Assembly: GCA_031082145.1 (NCBI GenBank)
Contig: JAVHLP010000001.1
Span: 508,885-572,884 of the forward strand
Length of the DNA: 64,000 nucleotides
Direction of reading: 5' to 3'
DNA from: a bacterium
GTDB lineage: Bacteria > Bacillota > Sulfobacillia > UBA995
Shown here: positions 48,267 through 59,181 of the stretch, piece by piece
How positions within the stretch are numbered: the first letter of the stretch is position 1
Layout of the letters: every line of letters begins with the position of its first letter
Translations under genes and position numbers: made by a program
The notes under the pieces: generated by a model
What the model was told of the DNA's origin: nothing
What the model saw: only the letters and a program-made list of their open reading frames with translations
The model's database searches: none

Positions 48267-49681
48267 GATCCCGCCCCCCCCACCGTCATGGCCCTGATCC
48301 GCACCGTGGGCTGGCCAAAGCTCACGGGGGCGGTCTGCAGCTTGCCACAGCGCCCCCGCCCGCCGGCGTCGAGGGCGAAGTCGTCCCCCAGGGCGTCGAT
48401 GCTGAAGAGCACCTCCCGGCCATTGCCCACCAGCGTGCACCGCCGCACCGGCTCGGCTAGCTTACCATTCCGGATCATGAAGGCTTCGGGGGCGCTGAAC
48501 ACGAACTCGGCTCCGGCCAGGTCACCCCGGCCGCCACCCATCCGGTGCACGTACAGACCACGGTTCACGCCTTCGATGATCTCTCCGGCCGGCATTGAAC
48601 CCGGTTCGATGGAGGTCACGGTCATGCGGGGGATGGGCACCGACCGGTAGTCCTCGCGGCGGCCGTTGCCGGTGGGCCGGCGGCCGGCCTCCCGGGCCGT
48701 GCCCAGGGAGTCCATATAGCCCCGGAGAATCCCGTTCTCGATGAGGACGCTCCGCCGTCTGGGGGTGCCCTCGTCGTCGATCCGCCCGGAGCCGGCCCGG
48801 AAGGGCACGGTGCCGTCATCCACCACGCTAACCTGCTTGGCAGCCACCTGGTGGCCGAGCTTCCCCGCGTACATGGATGACCCCTTGTTGACGAAGTCCC
48901 CCTCCAGGGCATGGCCGATGGCCTCGTGAATGAGGATGCCCCCCTCGCCGGCACAGATCACCACCGGCATCTCCCCCGATGGCGCGGGACCCGCTCCCAG
49001 CATCAGGATGGCCGCGGCGGCGGCCTCCCGAGCGACGTCTTCGGGAATGGTCCCGGAGTAAATATCGAGGCCCCGCTGTCCTCCCCGGGCGCGGATGGCC
49101 ACCTGACGCGTTTCACCCCGGCGGGCGGTGACCACGACCTGGTACTCCACGAGAGAGCGTTCGTCCTCTTCCCAAAGGCCTTCCGAGTTGACCACCAACA
49201 CCGCCTGCAGGTAATCCTCGTACCTTACGTCGACCTGCGTTATCTCCGGACCTTCGGCCCGGGCGACGCGGTTACCCCGCTCGACGAGATCCACCTTGGC
49301 GGCGGCCGGCTCGGCGGCGGCCGGGCGGTCAACCCGCCAAGCCGGGGTGGCTGCCTCGAGCCGGGCCGCGACGACATCGGCACCGTCTCCTCTCCGGGCG
49401 ATGGCGCCGGCCACCTCTGCTGCGCGTCTGAGGCCCTCCGGGCTGAGGTCGGTGGTGTGGGCATAGCCGGTGCTGCCCCCGCTAACCACCCTGACCCCCG
49501 CCCCCTGGTCGTCGCCCAGGGCCACCGCCTCAATGCGGTCCTCGGCCAGGCGAATGGAGGTGGACTGCCGGCGCTCCAGGAAGATCTCGGCGAACTGGCC
49601 GCCCTTCGCGAGGGCCCGCCGCAGCACCCCGGCGGCCGTAGGACCGTCCAGCCGAAAACACCCACCCGTGCGTTGGTTCAT
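48263..49681 (-). CDS. tldD: TldD-family metallopeptidase
   Basis: 472 aa with [11 protein letters not shown], an HExxxH zinc motif typical of TldD. Confidence 0.85.
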   Translation of the reverse strand: MNQRTGGCFRLDGPTAAGVLRRALAKGGQFAEIFLERRQSTSIRLAEDRIEAVALGDDQGAGVRVVSGGSTGYAHTTDLSPEGLRRAAEVAGAIARRGDGADVVAARLEAATPAWRVDRPAAAEPAAAKVDLVERGNRVARAEGPEITQVDVRYEDYLQAVLVVNSEGLWEEDERSLVEYQVVVTARRGETRQVAIRARGGQRGLDIYSGTIPEDVAREAAAAAILMLGAGPAPSGEMPVVICAGEGGILIHEAIGHALEGDFVNKGSSMYAGKLGHQVAAKQVSVVDDGTVPFRAGSGRIDDEGTPRRRSVLIENGILRGYMDSLGTAREAGRRPTGNGRREDYRSVPIPRMTVTSIEPGSMPAGEIIEGVNRGLYVHRMGGGRGDLAGAEFVFSAPEAFMIRNGKLAEPVRRCTLVGNGREVLFSIDALGDDFALDAGGRGRCGKLQTAPVSFGQPTVRIRAMTVGGAGS

Positions 49682-49831
49682 GTCAACAACCGGCCTCCCT
49701 CATCCCCTAATGGTCTTCCAATTCGCCTCCGGCAGCGGTCAAGCCTTCTCACCCATGGGAATTGTTGGCTCTCCTGCAGCATCACCCGTCAGTATAGGAT
49801 GCAATGGCCGGGGAACGCCCGGCCGGAGGTT

Positions 49832-51083
49832 CATGGGCAGGAGCCATCGTTACCGTCTATCTCCCGCCAGAGGGAGCCACGGTCGCTACCGGCCGTTGCT
49901 CCTTCTCGTCCCGCTCGTCCTGCTGGCCCTCGTCCGGCCCCTCTGGCTCCCGGCCGCTCCCCCTACCCCCCGCCTGGTCCAAGTAGTCATGGGTTTTGCC
50001 TGGCCCGAACTCGGCCGCACGGCAGTCTTCGGTCAGGCCTGGCACCTGGCCGGGATCGAGCCCCTGCTGGATGGGGGTGAGAGGCTACCGGCAACCCCGG
50101 ACCACCGTTTTCCCTACTGGACGGTCTTACTGCATTTCAGTGACGGCTCCGCCACAGAGTTCATCCTCTCCCGCGAGCTGGCCATCTTTGACCCGGAAGC
50201 GGCCGCCCAGTTGCATCATCCGCGGCTAGAAGCGCAATTCGGTCTCCTGGCGGGCGAACTGGCCGGCCAGGTCTTCGGCGAGGAGTTGACCTGGAGCGAG
50301 GTCAACCGGCTGTTCCCCCCCGGCGCGGAGGCGGAGGTGCAAGACCTGGAGACCGGGCTGGTCTTCAGCGTCCGCCGGCGCGGCGGCGACGCCCATGCCG
50401 ATGTGGAGCCGGTAACGGCGGTCGATGCGGCCGTGCTCCGCCAGATCTACCAGGGGGAGTGGAGCTGGAAGCGCCGGTCGGCCGTAGTCTCCGTGGCCGG
50501 CCACCGTATCGCGGCTTCCATGAACGGGATGCCCCACGGTGAGGGTAGCATCCGCGATAACGACTTCCCCGGCCACTTCTGCCTCCATTTCTCCGATAGC
50601 CGGGTGCACCGGACCTGGCGGGTGGACCGCGGTCACCAGTTGATGGTGGTCAGGGCCGCCGGACGCCTGGCCGAACTGCTGGAAGCCGCGTCTCCTCCCG
50701 AGTTGGTCGCCTGGTTGCTCACGGCCGTCGCCCACCATGAGCGGGCAACATACCGGTACGCCGGCAGGGAGCCCGCCTCCGGGTTGTGGGACGACCTCGC
50801 GACTGCCATCCGCCACCTGGACCTGATAGCCGTCAAGGCGGTTGTGTGCGAGGGACTCACGGCCGTCGTCGAGGCCGACGTTCTGGTCTACTACCGCGAG
50901 TCCGACCCCGACCGGCCGCACCGGCTCACGCTGGCCATTCCCCTCAGCCGGAACCACCCCTGGGGAGGCTGGCGGGTGGACCTCGAAGCGCTCCGCCCCC
51001 TGCTGGCCGTTCGGGCAACGGCGCTGCCCGGCCCCGGGGCTGACGTGGAATGCGGCTGCGAGCTCGAGGGCCATCAGTCGTGA
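49832..51083 (+). CDS. Secreted hypothetical protein
   Basis: ATG 49832 (GGAGG RBS). N-terminal signal/TM LLLLVPLVLLALV. No family recognised. Confidence 0.45.
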
Positions 51084-51184
51084 GCCAGCAGTCAACGCAT
51101 GCCACTCTTCCCAGGCGGTCCCGCGAAAAGGTGATCGGAGGTCGTCATGTTTCCCCGCCTACACTTGAGGCGAGGTGATGCTCC

Positions 51185-51826
51185 GTGAACAAGAAGATCT
51201 CCCTTCCCCTGTCGGCCCCGCCAGGAACCGAACCCGAGTGGCCCGGGCAGTTCGACTCCTGGCTGTGCCGCCTGCTGCCGGTGGGACTACCCGTCTACAT
51301 GATCACCACCAAGAACGAGAACGGCACCGACAACGTACAGCTCAACGCCTGGACTCTGCTAACCGGGCGCGCTCCCGCCGAGCTGTTCCTGATGGTGCTA
51401 TGGGGTGGTCATACCTTGCGGAATGCCCTGCGGACCGGCGAGTGGGTGGCCAACGTGGCGCCCCGAAGCATGGGCGACCGCATGTTCGAGGTCGTGCGGC
51501 ACAACCAGCCGGAGACAGACGAACTGGCGGCTTCCGGCCTGACCGCCCTGCCCGGAGAGGCCGTTGCCGCCTCCCGCGTAGCCGAAGCGGTGGCCCACTT
51601 TGAGTGCCGTCTGGACTGGCACCGGGAAATCGCACCGGGGGTAGCGTTGGTAGCCGGCCAGGTCGTGGCCGCCTCCGCCGATCAGGCCATCCTGGAAGGC
51701 ACCCCGGAGCAGCGTGTGAACGCCCTCGATATTTTGTTTTACCTACCATCGCTCTTCAACCTGGCCTCGGCAAGGCTCGACGGTGAGCGGTATGCCAGCC
51801 TGACCCCGCCCGACGCGGGCGTCTAG
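51185..51826 (+). CDS. Flavin reductase-like (FMN-binding split-barrel) family protein
   Basis: About 213 aa with a flavin-reductase-like domain pattern. GTG start. Confidence 0.6.
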   Translation: MNKKISLPLSAPPGTEPEWPGQFDSWLCRLLPVGLPVYMITTKNENGTDNVQLNAWTLLTGRAPAELFLMVLWGGHTLRNALRTGEWVANVAPRSMGDRMFEVVRHNQPETDELAASGLTALPGEAVAASRVAEAVAHFECRLDWHREIAPGVALVAGQVVAASADQAILEGTPEQRVNALDILFYLPSLFNLASARLDGERYASLTPPDAGV

Positions 51827-51865
51827 CAACTGCTTCGGGGAAACCTGGGGACGAGGTGAGGGCAC

Positions 51866-52078
51866 GTGAAGGAAGCCAGCTTCTCGATCCAGGGAATGGC
51901 CTGCCCCGGCTGTGCCGGCATTGTCGAGTCCCGGCTGCGCGAGATCCCGGGCGTCGCCGAAGCCCGGGTGGACTTCGCGGCCACCCGGGCCTACGTGCGC
52001 TACGACCCCGCGCGGGTAAACCGCGCCGACCTGGGGCGGGCCGTCCTGGCAGCCGGCTACCGGGTCCTGGAGTCCTAG
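51866..52078 (+). CDS. copZ: Copper chaperone CopZ (HMA domain)
   Basis: GMACPGCAG metal-binding motif. GTG start. Confidence 0.85.
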   Translation: MKEASFSIQGMACPGCAGIVESRLREIPGVAEARVDFAATRAYVRYDPARVNRADLGRAVLAAGYRVLES

Positions 52079-52133
52079 GAGGAGGGCCAGACCGCAGGAG
52101 AAACGGTGCCAACCGGGAAACCTGGAGTCAGGG

Positions 52134-54611
52134 GTGAACCCGGTGAGCGGCCTCATCGAACAGAGCCTGGCTATAGACGGCATGACCTGCGCCGCTTGTG
52201 CGCGGCGGCTCGAGGCACAGCTAGGCAAGACGCCAGGAGTCATTAGAGCCCGGGTCAACCCGGCGACCGCCCGGGCCCACGTCACCTACGACCCGGCCAC
52301 CATCACCCTCGCCGGGCTGGCCCGGGCGGTGGAGGCGGCCGGCTACCGGGTGCGGGAGGAGACGGCTACCGTGGACCTTCCCATATCCGGCATGACCTGT
52401 GCCGGCTGCGCCGCCACGGTGACCCGGGCCCTGGAACGGAGCCCGGGAGTGCAGGCGGCGGTGGTGAACCTGGCGACGGCCACCGCCACCGTGACCTACG
52501 ACCCGAGAGTCACCGACGCCGGCCGGCTCCGGGGCGCCGTCGAGGCCGCCGGTTACGGTGCTTCCGCGACGGCGGGAGACAGGGCCCGCGCCGTAGTCGA
52601 CCCGGACCTTGCGGACCTGGCCGCTGCCCGGCGGCGAACGCTGGTAGCCTGGGCTTTGACGGCGCCCATCGTGCTCTGGATGATCCCCGAGATGTTCTTC
52701 CACTACGTCCCCTTCGGTCATCTGACCATGAACCTGGGCATGGTCGTCCTGGCGGCCCCGGTCCTGTTCGTGACCGGGCGCAACACCTATTCCTCGGCTC
52801 TCAGGGCTCTCGCCCACCGCTCAGCCAACATGGACGTGCTCATCACCATGGGGACAGGGGTGGCCTTCCTCACCGGCCCCGCCTCCTTCATCTTCCCCAT
52901 CGCCAACTACTCCGGGATCGCAGCCATGATCATGGCCTTCCACCTGACCGGTCGCTACTTCGAGGCCCGGGCCCGAGGCCGGGCCTCGGAGGCAATACGC
53001 AAGCTGCTTGAGCTCGAGGCGGATACCGCCAGCGTCATCGTCAACGGTGACGAGGTGCTGGTACCCATTGACCGGGTCCGCGCGGGCGACCTCATGGTCG
53101 TGCGCCCGGGCGAGAAGATCCCCACCGACGGGGTGATCGTCGAGGGGCAGAGCGCCGTGGACGAGTCGATGGCCACCGGTGAGTCGCTGCCGGCCGGCAA
53201 GGGACCGGGCGACGAGGTCATCGGCGCCACCATCAACCGCCAGGGCCTGCTCAAGATCAGGGCCACCCGGGTGGGCGGGGATACCTTCCTGGCCCAGGTA
53301 ATCCGGCTCGTCGAGGAGGCCCAGGGCACCCGGGTCCCCATCCAGGAGTTCGCCGACCGGGTTACGGCCGTGTTCGTCCCCACCGTCCTGGCCCTCGCCA
53401 CCCTGACCCTGGCTGCCTGGCTGGCCTTCCCGGGAGTCTTCGGCCCGGTGGTGGCCGCGGCCGCCCCCTACCTCCCGTGGGTCAACCCCGCCCTGGGCCC
53501 GTTCACCCTGGCGGTCGGGGCCACGGTGGCAGTCCTGGTAATCGCCTGCCCCTGCGCCCTCGGCCTGGCCACCCCCACCGCCCTCATGGTAGGCAGCGGC
53601 CTGGGGGCCGAGAACGGCGTGCTCATCCGCCACGGGGCCGCCATCCAGGTCCTGCAAGAGGCCCGGACCATCGTCTTCGACAAGACGGGGACCTTGACCA
53701 CCGGAAGACCGGCGGTGACCGCCATCGAGGCGGTGGCCGGCTTTGACCGGCGAGAGCTATTGCGCCTGGCCGCCGGGGCCGAGCAGGGTTCCGAGCATCC
53801 CCTGGGCCGGGCGGTAGTGGCCCGGGCCAGGGATGAGCAAGGCCTGGAGTTGCCCTCGCCGGACGAATTCGAGGCCATCCCCGGCAGGGGCATCCGGGCC
53901 CGGGTTGAGGGCCGGCAAGTGGTGCTGGGTACCCGCGCCCTGCTCCGGGAGGCCGGCGCCGATCCCGCGGCTCTGGAGAACCTGGTCCGGGCCCGGGAAG
54001 AAGAGGGTGACACCGCCACCCTGGTGGCGGTCGACGGCCGGGCGGCGGGGATCATCGCCCTGGCCGATACCTTGAAGGAGGACTCGGCGGCGGCCGTCGC
54101 CGAACTGGAGCGCCTGGGCTACCGCACGGCCATGATAACCGGGGACAACCGGCGTACGGCCGAGGCCGTCGCCCGCAAGGTAGGCATCCGGAGGGTCCTG
54201 GCGGAAGTCCTCCCCGCCGACAAGGCGGCGGAGATCCGCCGGCTGCAGGAGGCGGGCGAGAGGGTGGTGATGGTGGGGGACGGCATCAACGACGCCCCCG
54301 CCCTGACCCAGGCCGACGTGGGGATAGCCCTGGGCACCGGTACCGACATTGCCATCGAATCCTCCGACGTGACCCTGGTCCGGGGGGATCTCAAGGCGGT
54401 GGTGGTGGCCATCAACGTGTCCCGGCACACCTTCCGCAAGATCCGGGAGAATCTGTTCTGGGCCTTCTTCTACAACCTGGTTGCAGTCCCCCTGGCCGTA
54501 CTGGGCCTCCTGCACCCGGTGATCGCCGAGATCGCCATGGCCACCAGCTCCATCAGCGTGGTCGCCAACGCCAACCGGCTGCGGGGGGCACCGGTCCGGC
54601 CGAGGTCTTGA
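52134..54611 (+). CDS. copA: Copper-translocating P1B-type ATPase with three N-terminal HMA domains
   Basis: Three GMTCAxC motifs. [22 protein letters not shown]. Confidence 0.95.
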   Translation: MNPVSGLIEQSLAIDGMTCAACARRLEAQLGKTPGVIRARVNPATARAHVTYDPATITLAGLARAVEAAGYRVREETATVDLPISGMTCAGCAATVTRALERSPGVQAAVVNLATATATVTYDPRVTDAGRLRGAVEAAGYGASATAGDRARAVVDPDLADLAAARRRTLVAWALTAPIVLWMIPEMFFHYVPFGHLTMNLGMVVLAAPVLFVTGRNTYSSALRALAHRSANMDVLITMGTGVAFLTGPASFIFPIANYSGIAAMIMAFHLTGRYFEARARGRASEAIRKLLELEADTASVIVNGDEVLVPIDRVRAGDLMVVRPGEKIPTDGVIVEGQSAVDESMATGESLPAGKGPGDEVIGATINRQGLLKIRATRVGGDTFLAQVIRLVEEAQGTRVPIQEFADRVTAVFVPTVLALATLTLAAWLAFPGVFGPVVAAAAPYLPWVNPALGPFTLAVGATVAVLVIACPCALGLATPTALMVGSGLGAENGVLIRHGAAIQVLQEARTIVFDKTGTLTTGRPAVTAIEAVAGFDRRELLRLAAGAEQGSEHPLGRAVVARARDEQGLELPSPDEFEAIPGRGIRARVEGRQVVLGTRALLREAGADPAALENLVRAREEEGDTATLVAVDGRAAGIIALADTLKEDSAAAVAELERLGYRTAMITGDNRRTAEAVARKVGIRRVLAEVLPADKAAEIRRLQEAGERVVMVGDGINDAPALTQADVGIALGTGTDIAIESSDVTLVRGDLKAVVVAINVSRHTFRKIRENLFWAFFYNLVAVPLAVLGLLHPVIAEIAMATSSISVVANANRLRGAPVRPRS

Positions 54612-54659
54612 CTCTCAACCCGGGATCATGGTTTATGCTGGCCCCAGGAGGTGGCTGTG

Positions 54660-54923
54660 ATGGCCAAGCGGCAAGTTGAGGTTTTCATCGCCGGCTGTCC
54701 CCTGTGTGAGCAAGCGGTCCGGCTGGTGCGGGAACTGGCCTGCCCCGAGTGCGCGGTGCAAGTCCACGACCTGCGGCAGGAGGGAGAGGCGCGCCGCCGG
54801 GCGGCCGTCCTGGGGATCCACCGCCTGCCCGCCGTCGCTGTGGACGGACGCCCGGCCGGTTGCTGCTCAGGCCAAGGCCCCGTCACCCGGGAAGACCTCC
54901 AGGCGGCCGGGCTGGGAGGGTAG
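54660..54923 (+). CDS. Small thioredoxin/glutaredoxin-like CxxC protein
   Basis: AGCPLCEQ near the N-terminus. GGAGGTGG RBS. Confidence 0.55.
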   Translation: MAKRQVEVFIAGCPLCEQAVRLVRELACPECAVQVHDLRQEGEARRRAAVLGIHRLPAVAVDGRPAGCCSGQGPVTREDLQAAGLGG

Positions 54924-54928
54924 GCGGG

Positions 54929-55386
54929 TGCGGATCGGCGCCCTCAGCCGGAAGACGGGGATCCCCCGGTCCACCGTCCGTTACTACGAGCGGCTGGGAC
55001 TCGTGGACCCGCCTCCCCGGACGGCCGGGGGCTACCGCCGGTATGGCCCCGAACACGAGGCCCGGCTCACTTTCGTCCGGCAGGCCAAGCTGCTCGGGTT
55101 AAGCCTAGATGATATCGCTTCCCTGATCCGGCTCCGGACGCAGGGTCTTCCGCCCTGCGCCCGGCTGCGGGAACTGGTCCGCGAGCGCCTGGCGGAAGTC
55201 GACGACCGCATCCGGGAACTAGTCGCCCGGCGGGAGGCAATGGCCCGCCACTACGAAGGACTCCCGGCGGCGGAACAAGCCCCGCCGGGGACCGTCTGCG
55301 GTCTCGTGGAGGCCGTGGCCGGCGCTACGCACCCGGACGGGCAGGAGCATTCCCCGCCTCCCCCGAGCATCCCCGCCCCCCGGTGA
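54929..55386 (+). CDS. MerR-family metal-responsive regulator (CueR-like)
   Basis: HTH IGALSRKTGIPRSTVRYYERLGL and a C-terminal Cys-containing segment. GTG start. Confidence 0.8.
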
Positions 55387-55392
55387 CGATTA

Positions 55393-56328
55393 TCACCCCA
55401 CCATCTCACTCAGCCGGGCCCGGACGGAAGCATCCCCCAGGCACTGACCCAGCGCGGCCAGGGCCAGTTCGGCCACCAGCCATCGTAATGCCGCCGGCTC
55501 CAGCACTTCGGCCTCGTCCCCCAGCGAGACGATGGCCCGGGCCAGCCAGGGCAGCTCCGGCGCCGGTAGTTCGAGGGCCAGCAGTCCGGGTCCCACATGG
55601 GGGGCCAGGTAGGAGGAGTCCCTGAGCCGCATGGCGGCCGCCCGGCTGAGCGCCACCCGCACGGGGACATCTCTCTCGCGCATCCCCGCCTCGGGGGAAG
55701 ACGGCGGCGAGAAGCGCCGACCGGTACGGCGGAGGGACACGACGCGGTCCACCCGGAATACCCGCTCCGCTCCCCTGAGGTGACAGTGGGCCTCGAAGTA
55801 CCAGAAGCCGTCCCGGCTGTGGAGTTCGTGGGGGTCTACCTCCCGGGCTGTTCTCCCGCTGCCGGGTGACTCGTACTCGATAGCCAGGGTCTCCCGCTCC
55901 TCGACCGCCCGGTTCACCTCGTCCAGGGCCGGGCCCGGATCGGGGCGGGCGCTCATAGTCATCGCCGGCCCGGGAGACGACGTCCGGGCCGCCCCCAGCA
56001 GGGCTCTCACCTTGTCCGCAGCCTGGACGAGGTCGATCTGGTAGGGGCTGCGTCCATGGCTCATGAGCAAATCGGCCGCCACCAGCAGCGCGGCCGCCTC
56101 GCCGGGGGTGAAAGCCCGGGTGGGAAGGAAGTAACCCTCCAGCAGCCGGCACCCGCCGCCCCGGCCGGGCAAGGCCACCAGCGGTACCCCCATCTGCCCC
56201 AGGGCGTCGAGGTCGCGGAGAATGGTCCGCCGGGCCACCTCGAAACGCTCCGCCAGTTGGCGCGAGGTCAACTGCCCCCGGGCCTGGAGTTCAAGCAGGA
56301 TGCCGAGCAGACGGTCGGTCCGGTTCAT
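55393..56328 (-). CDS. YafY-family (HTH + WYL domain) transcriptional regulator
   Basis: Start ATG 56328 (MNRTDRLLGILLELQARGQLTSRQLAERFEVARRTILRDLDAL), then WYL and WCX-like domains. Confidence 0.75.
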   Translation of the reverse strand: MNRTDRLLGILLELQARGQLTSRQLAERFEVARRTILRDLDALGQMGVPLVALPGRGGGCRLLEGYFLPTRAFTPGEAAALLVAADLLMSHGRSPYQIDLVQAADKVRALLGAARTSSPGPAMTMSARPDPGPALDEVNRAVEERETLAIEYESPGSGRTAREVDPHELHSRDGFWYFEAHCHLRGAERVFRVDRVVSLRRTGRRFSPPSSPEAGMRERDVPVRVALSRAAAMRLRDSSYLAPHVGPGLLALELPAPELPWLARAIVSLGDEAEVLEPAALRWLVAELALAALGQCLGDASVRARLSEMVG

Positions 56329-56617
56329 GGGATCCCCCCCGGCCGAACTCTCGTTCCCAGCATAACACCTGGTGGCGTCCTCTGCCCAGTACCCCCGGCC
56401 GAGACATGACACACCCGGGCCGGGCATAGGTTGTGGGTTGCGTCCTGGAACCCCGGACGAGCGGGCTCAGCATACCGGCCGGGCTCCGGTTGACTGACCC
56501 TACTGCCGCGCGTTAGCCATTGCCTACCCGCAAACAGCGATCCACCACGCCCCCCGATTGTCCGTCCTGGCAGACTCGGAGAACGAACGGCAGGCAACAC
56601 AGCAGGCAACATATGGG

Positions 56618-56650
56618 TTGACAGCCAAAAAGCGGCACTGCTAAGATCCG
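56618..56650 (+). promoter_or_regulatory. Strong sigma-A-type promoter
   Basis: TTGACA, 18-nt spacer, TAAGAT. About 240 nt upstream of the 56891 start codon. Confidence 0.55.
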
Positions 56651-56890
56651 GGCAGAAGGGACGACCCACCACCCCCAGGTGGCGGTGGCGGCGTACCATG
56701 GCCCCCACCAGACACATTCCCATGCAGTGAGCCGGGTGCCGGCGCTCCAATCGAGCCCTGGTGACCAGGTGAGAGAAGGACGTCGGTTCCCGGTAGGTGC
56801 TTCAGGCAGGGTGGCGGTCGCCCGTCGGCGTAATCCTCCCGCGGCGGGCGCCGCCCTGCCCCCGGCAGTCGATGTGAGGAGGGATCCCGC

Positions 56891-58639
56891 GTGCGACAGG
56901 TATTCGTGGCCGCTCTGGTTGGACTTGCCCTGGTCCTTGCATCCGGCCCGGCGCTTGCCTGTGGCACCGGGTGGTCCCCATATCCGGCGGCCATCCGGCC
57001 CCTACAGCCCACCCTGGTGACGCTCGAGACCTTGGACATCCGATTCAGGGTGTTGTTCAACGGCTCCGAGGTAGAGGCCGTCTTCACCCTGAGCAACATG
57101 GGGCCTGCCACCACCGTGCTGATGGGGTTTGCCGAGGAAGAGCCGCCGACGAAGTGGTATGACCCCGTCCCCCATGACTTTCGGGCCTTCGTGGACGGCC
57201 TGGAGGTTCCCGTCCGGCGCGACCCCGACCTGGTTCCCGAACCCCCCGGAGACGCTGTCGCCTGGTACGTGTGGGAGGTCAACTTCGCCGCGGGGCAGAC
57301 CCGCCAGGTCCGCTATATATGGTGGTCACATCACGCCGGCTATTACCTCAGGCCCGCCGCCGCCTGGCACGGCAGTATAGGCAGGGTAAGGGTGCTCTTC
57401 GAGCTAGCGTCGTACCTCCCCTACGTCCTGCGCGTTCACGTCGCGTACCCTCTGGACCCGCGATACCGCTTCGAGGGGGATAACGTGGTCTGGGAGTGCC
57501 ATGATCTTGAGTTCGAACCCGGGCATGGCGGCATCGACCTTGGCCTCACCATCAGCGAGCGTCTCCTCAATAACGTGCAGGATACACCGGGGGCTTACGC
57601 ATCCGACCTCGCCTGGCAGTGGGAGGCACTCAGCCGGGCGGGCAGCTACGAGGAGCTCCTGACCGAAGTCGAGAAGCACCGGCACGACGAGGGCATGAAG
57701 GCGAATCCCTTCCTGGTGCCGCTGTACGAGGCGAGGGCCCAGAACGGCCTGGGCCGCACAGAAGACGCCGTGCAGAACTGGCACAGAATCCTGGAGCTCA
57801 CGCTGCCGCCGGACGACCCCTACTGGCGGCTCCACCCGGCACAGGACGAGGCCTACTACCACCTCGTACGGTACTACCACGCCGCGGGTGACCAGGACCG
57901 GGTGGTAGAGCTATACCGGGAGCTTAAGCACAGGCCTCTCCCCCGACATGGCGAGCCGCCCTTCGTGCTGCTTCAGTGGATGCAGTCTATGCTCCCGTCG
58001 GAACTGAGGGTTGGCGTGCCGCCGACCGTCGCAGCCGTCCTCTTGCCGGAGGAACCGCCCAGCTACAGCAATGAGACACGCAGCTACTCCCTGACGTATC
58101 ACGCCCAGGATGCGGACGGCGACCTCATCCGCGTGGGATGGTCCGTCTGGCACACAGGAGACGACCCGGAGCACCCGGCCGCCAAGGGGGGCTGGGAGAC
58201 GGGTCCCAGGGGCAAAAGCTCAGGCTCTCTCCGCGTATGGGTCCGGCCCCATGAGCGCGTCTGGTACCGCGTCGACGCCGTTGACCTGAAAGGGAACCGC
58301 GGTTCGACCGGGATCCTGGAGTACGTGCCACGAACCACCCCCGCCGCGCCCGGGGATGGGCCGGTCACCCCCGCCGCGAACGGGGATGGGCCGGTCACCC
58401 CCGCCGCGCCCGGGGATGGGCCGGTCACTCCCGCCGGACCCGGGGATGAGCCGGCCACTCCCGCCGGACCCGGGGATGAGCCGGTCACGCCCGCCGGACC
58501 CGGCGATGAGCCGGTCGCGCCCGACCCTCCTCGCCGATCGGCCTGGCGGCTGGTCGGCTGGGGAATGCTCGCTGCCGCCCTGGTCATGGCCTGGCGGCGC
58601 CGCCGCGCCCGCAGCCTCCGGGCCGGGCCGGGCGCCTGA
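56891..58639 (+). CDS. Secreted/surface protein with six 10-aa proline-rich tandem repeats and a C-terminal hydrophobic anchor plus basic tail
   Basis: Signal peptide LVGLALVLASGPALA. PGDGPVTPAA-type repeats. C-terminus WRLVGWGMLAAALVMAWRRRRAR. GTG start with GAGGAGGG RBS. Confidence 0.6.
   Translation: MRQVFVAALVGLALVLASGPALACGTGWSPYPAAIRPLQPTLVTLETLDIRFRVLFNGSEVEAVFTLSNMGPATTVLMGFAEEEPPTKWYDPVPHDFRAFVDGLEVPVRRDPDLVPEPPGDAVAWYVWEVNFAAGQTRQVRYIWWSHHAGYYLRPAAAWHGSIGRVRVLFELASYLPYVLRVHVAYPLDPRYRFEGDNVVWECHDLEFEPGHGGIDLGLTISERLLNNVQDTPGAYASDLAWQWEALSRAGSYEELLTEVEKHRHDEGMKANPFLVPLYEARAQNGLGRTEDAVQNWHRILELTLPPDDPYWRLHPAQDEAYYHLVRYYHAAGDQDRVVELYRELKHRPLPRHGEPPFVLLQWMQSMLPSELRVGVPPTVAAVLLPEEPPSYSNETRSYSLTYHAQDADGDLIRVGWSVWHTGDDPEHPAAKGGWETGPRGKSSGSLRVWVRPHERVWYRVDAVDLKGNRGSTGILEYVPRTTPAAPGDGPVTPAANGDGPVTPAAPGDGPVTPAGPGDEPATPAGPGDEPVTPAGPGDEPVAPDPPRRSAWRLVGWGMLAAALVMAWRRRRARSLRAGPGA
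58341..58520 (+). repeat. 6 x 30-nt in-frame tandem repeat
   Basis: Six units of ccgccgcgcccggggatgggccggtcaccc, with progressive point divergence. Confidence 0.9.
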
Positions 58640-58735
58640 CGCGGACGGGATGTCGGGCACCCCCGGCACTGGCCGGACTGAGGGCGGTCAGAGAGCTCAC
58701 GTCACCCAGCAACCCTGAGGGTACGCCCCCTACCC

Positions 58736-58765
58736 CTTGACACGGCCGTCCCTGCCCGGCTATAC
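58736..58765 (+). promoter_or_regulatory. Promoter of GntR-ABC operon, with candidate operator
   Basis: TTGACA, 18 nt, TATACT, followed by inverted repeat ACTGTG-N13-CACAGT spanning the −10/TSS region. Confidence 0.55.
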
Positions 58766-58801
58766 TGTGTATACGCTACATGCACAGTCGGAGGTGGACC
58801 T

Positions 58802-59181
58802 TGCTCTCCATCTCGCCGGCAAATCCCCAGCCCCTCTACCTGCAAGTGGTAGACCAGTTGCGGGCCCTGATCCTGGCCGGCGACCTGTCGCCGGGCGATC
58901 CCCTGCCGTCGGTGCGGCAACTCGCCATCGACATCGCCACCAGTGTCATCACCACCCGCCGGGCCTACCTGGAACTGGAGCGGGAGGGGCTGATCGTGAC
59001 CCGCCCCGGCCGGGGTACCTTCGTGGCCGAACTCGACGCGCATCAGCGGCGTAGCGCAGCCCTGGCCTTGCTCCAGCGGGAGCTTGGCGGATGGCTGGCC
59101 CGCGCCCAAGCGCTGGGGGTAGAACCCCGTGCACTACAAGATCTCCTGGACTCAGCAATCGAAAGGGAGGTGCGCCGGTGA
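58802..59181 (+). CDS. GntR-family transcriptional regulator (short YtrA-like subfamily)
   Basis: HTH LPSVRQLAIDIATSVITTRRAYLELEREGLI. TTG start after GGAGGTGG. Confidence 0.75.

Noticed and set aside
50226-51095. 289-aa minus-strand ORF
   Set aside because: Antisense to the 49832..51083 secreted-protein gene, which has a proper RBS and signal peptide.
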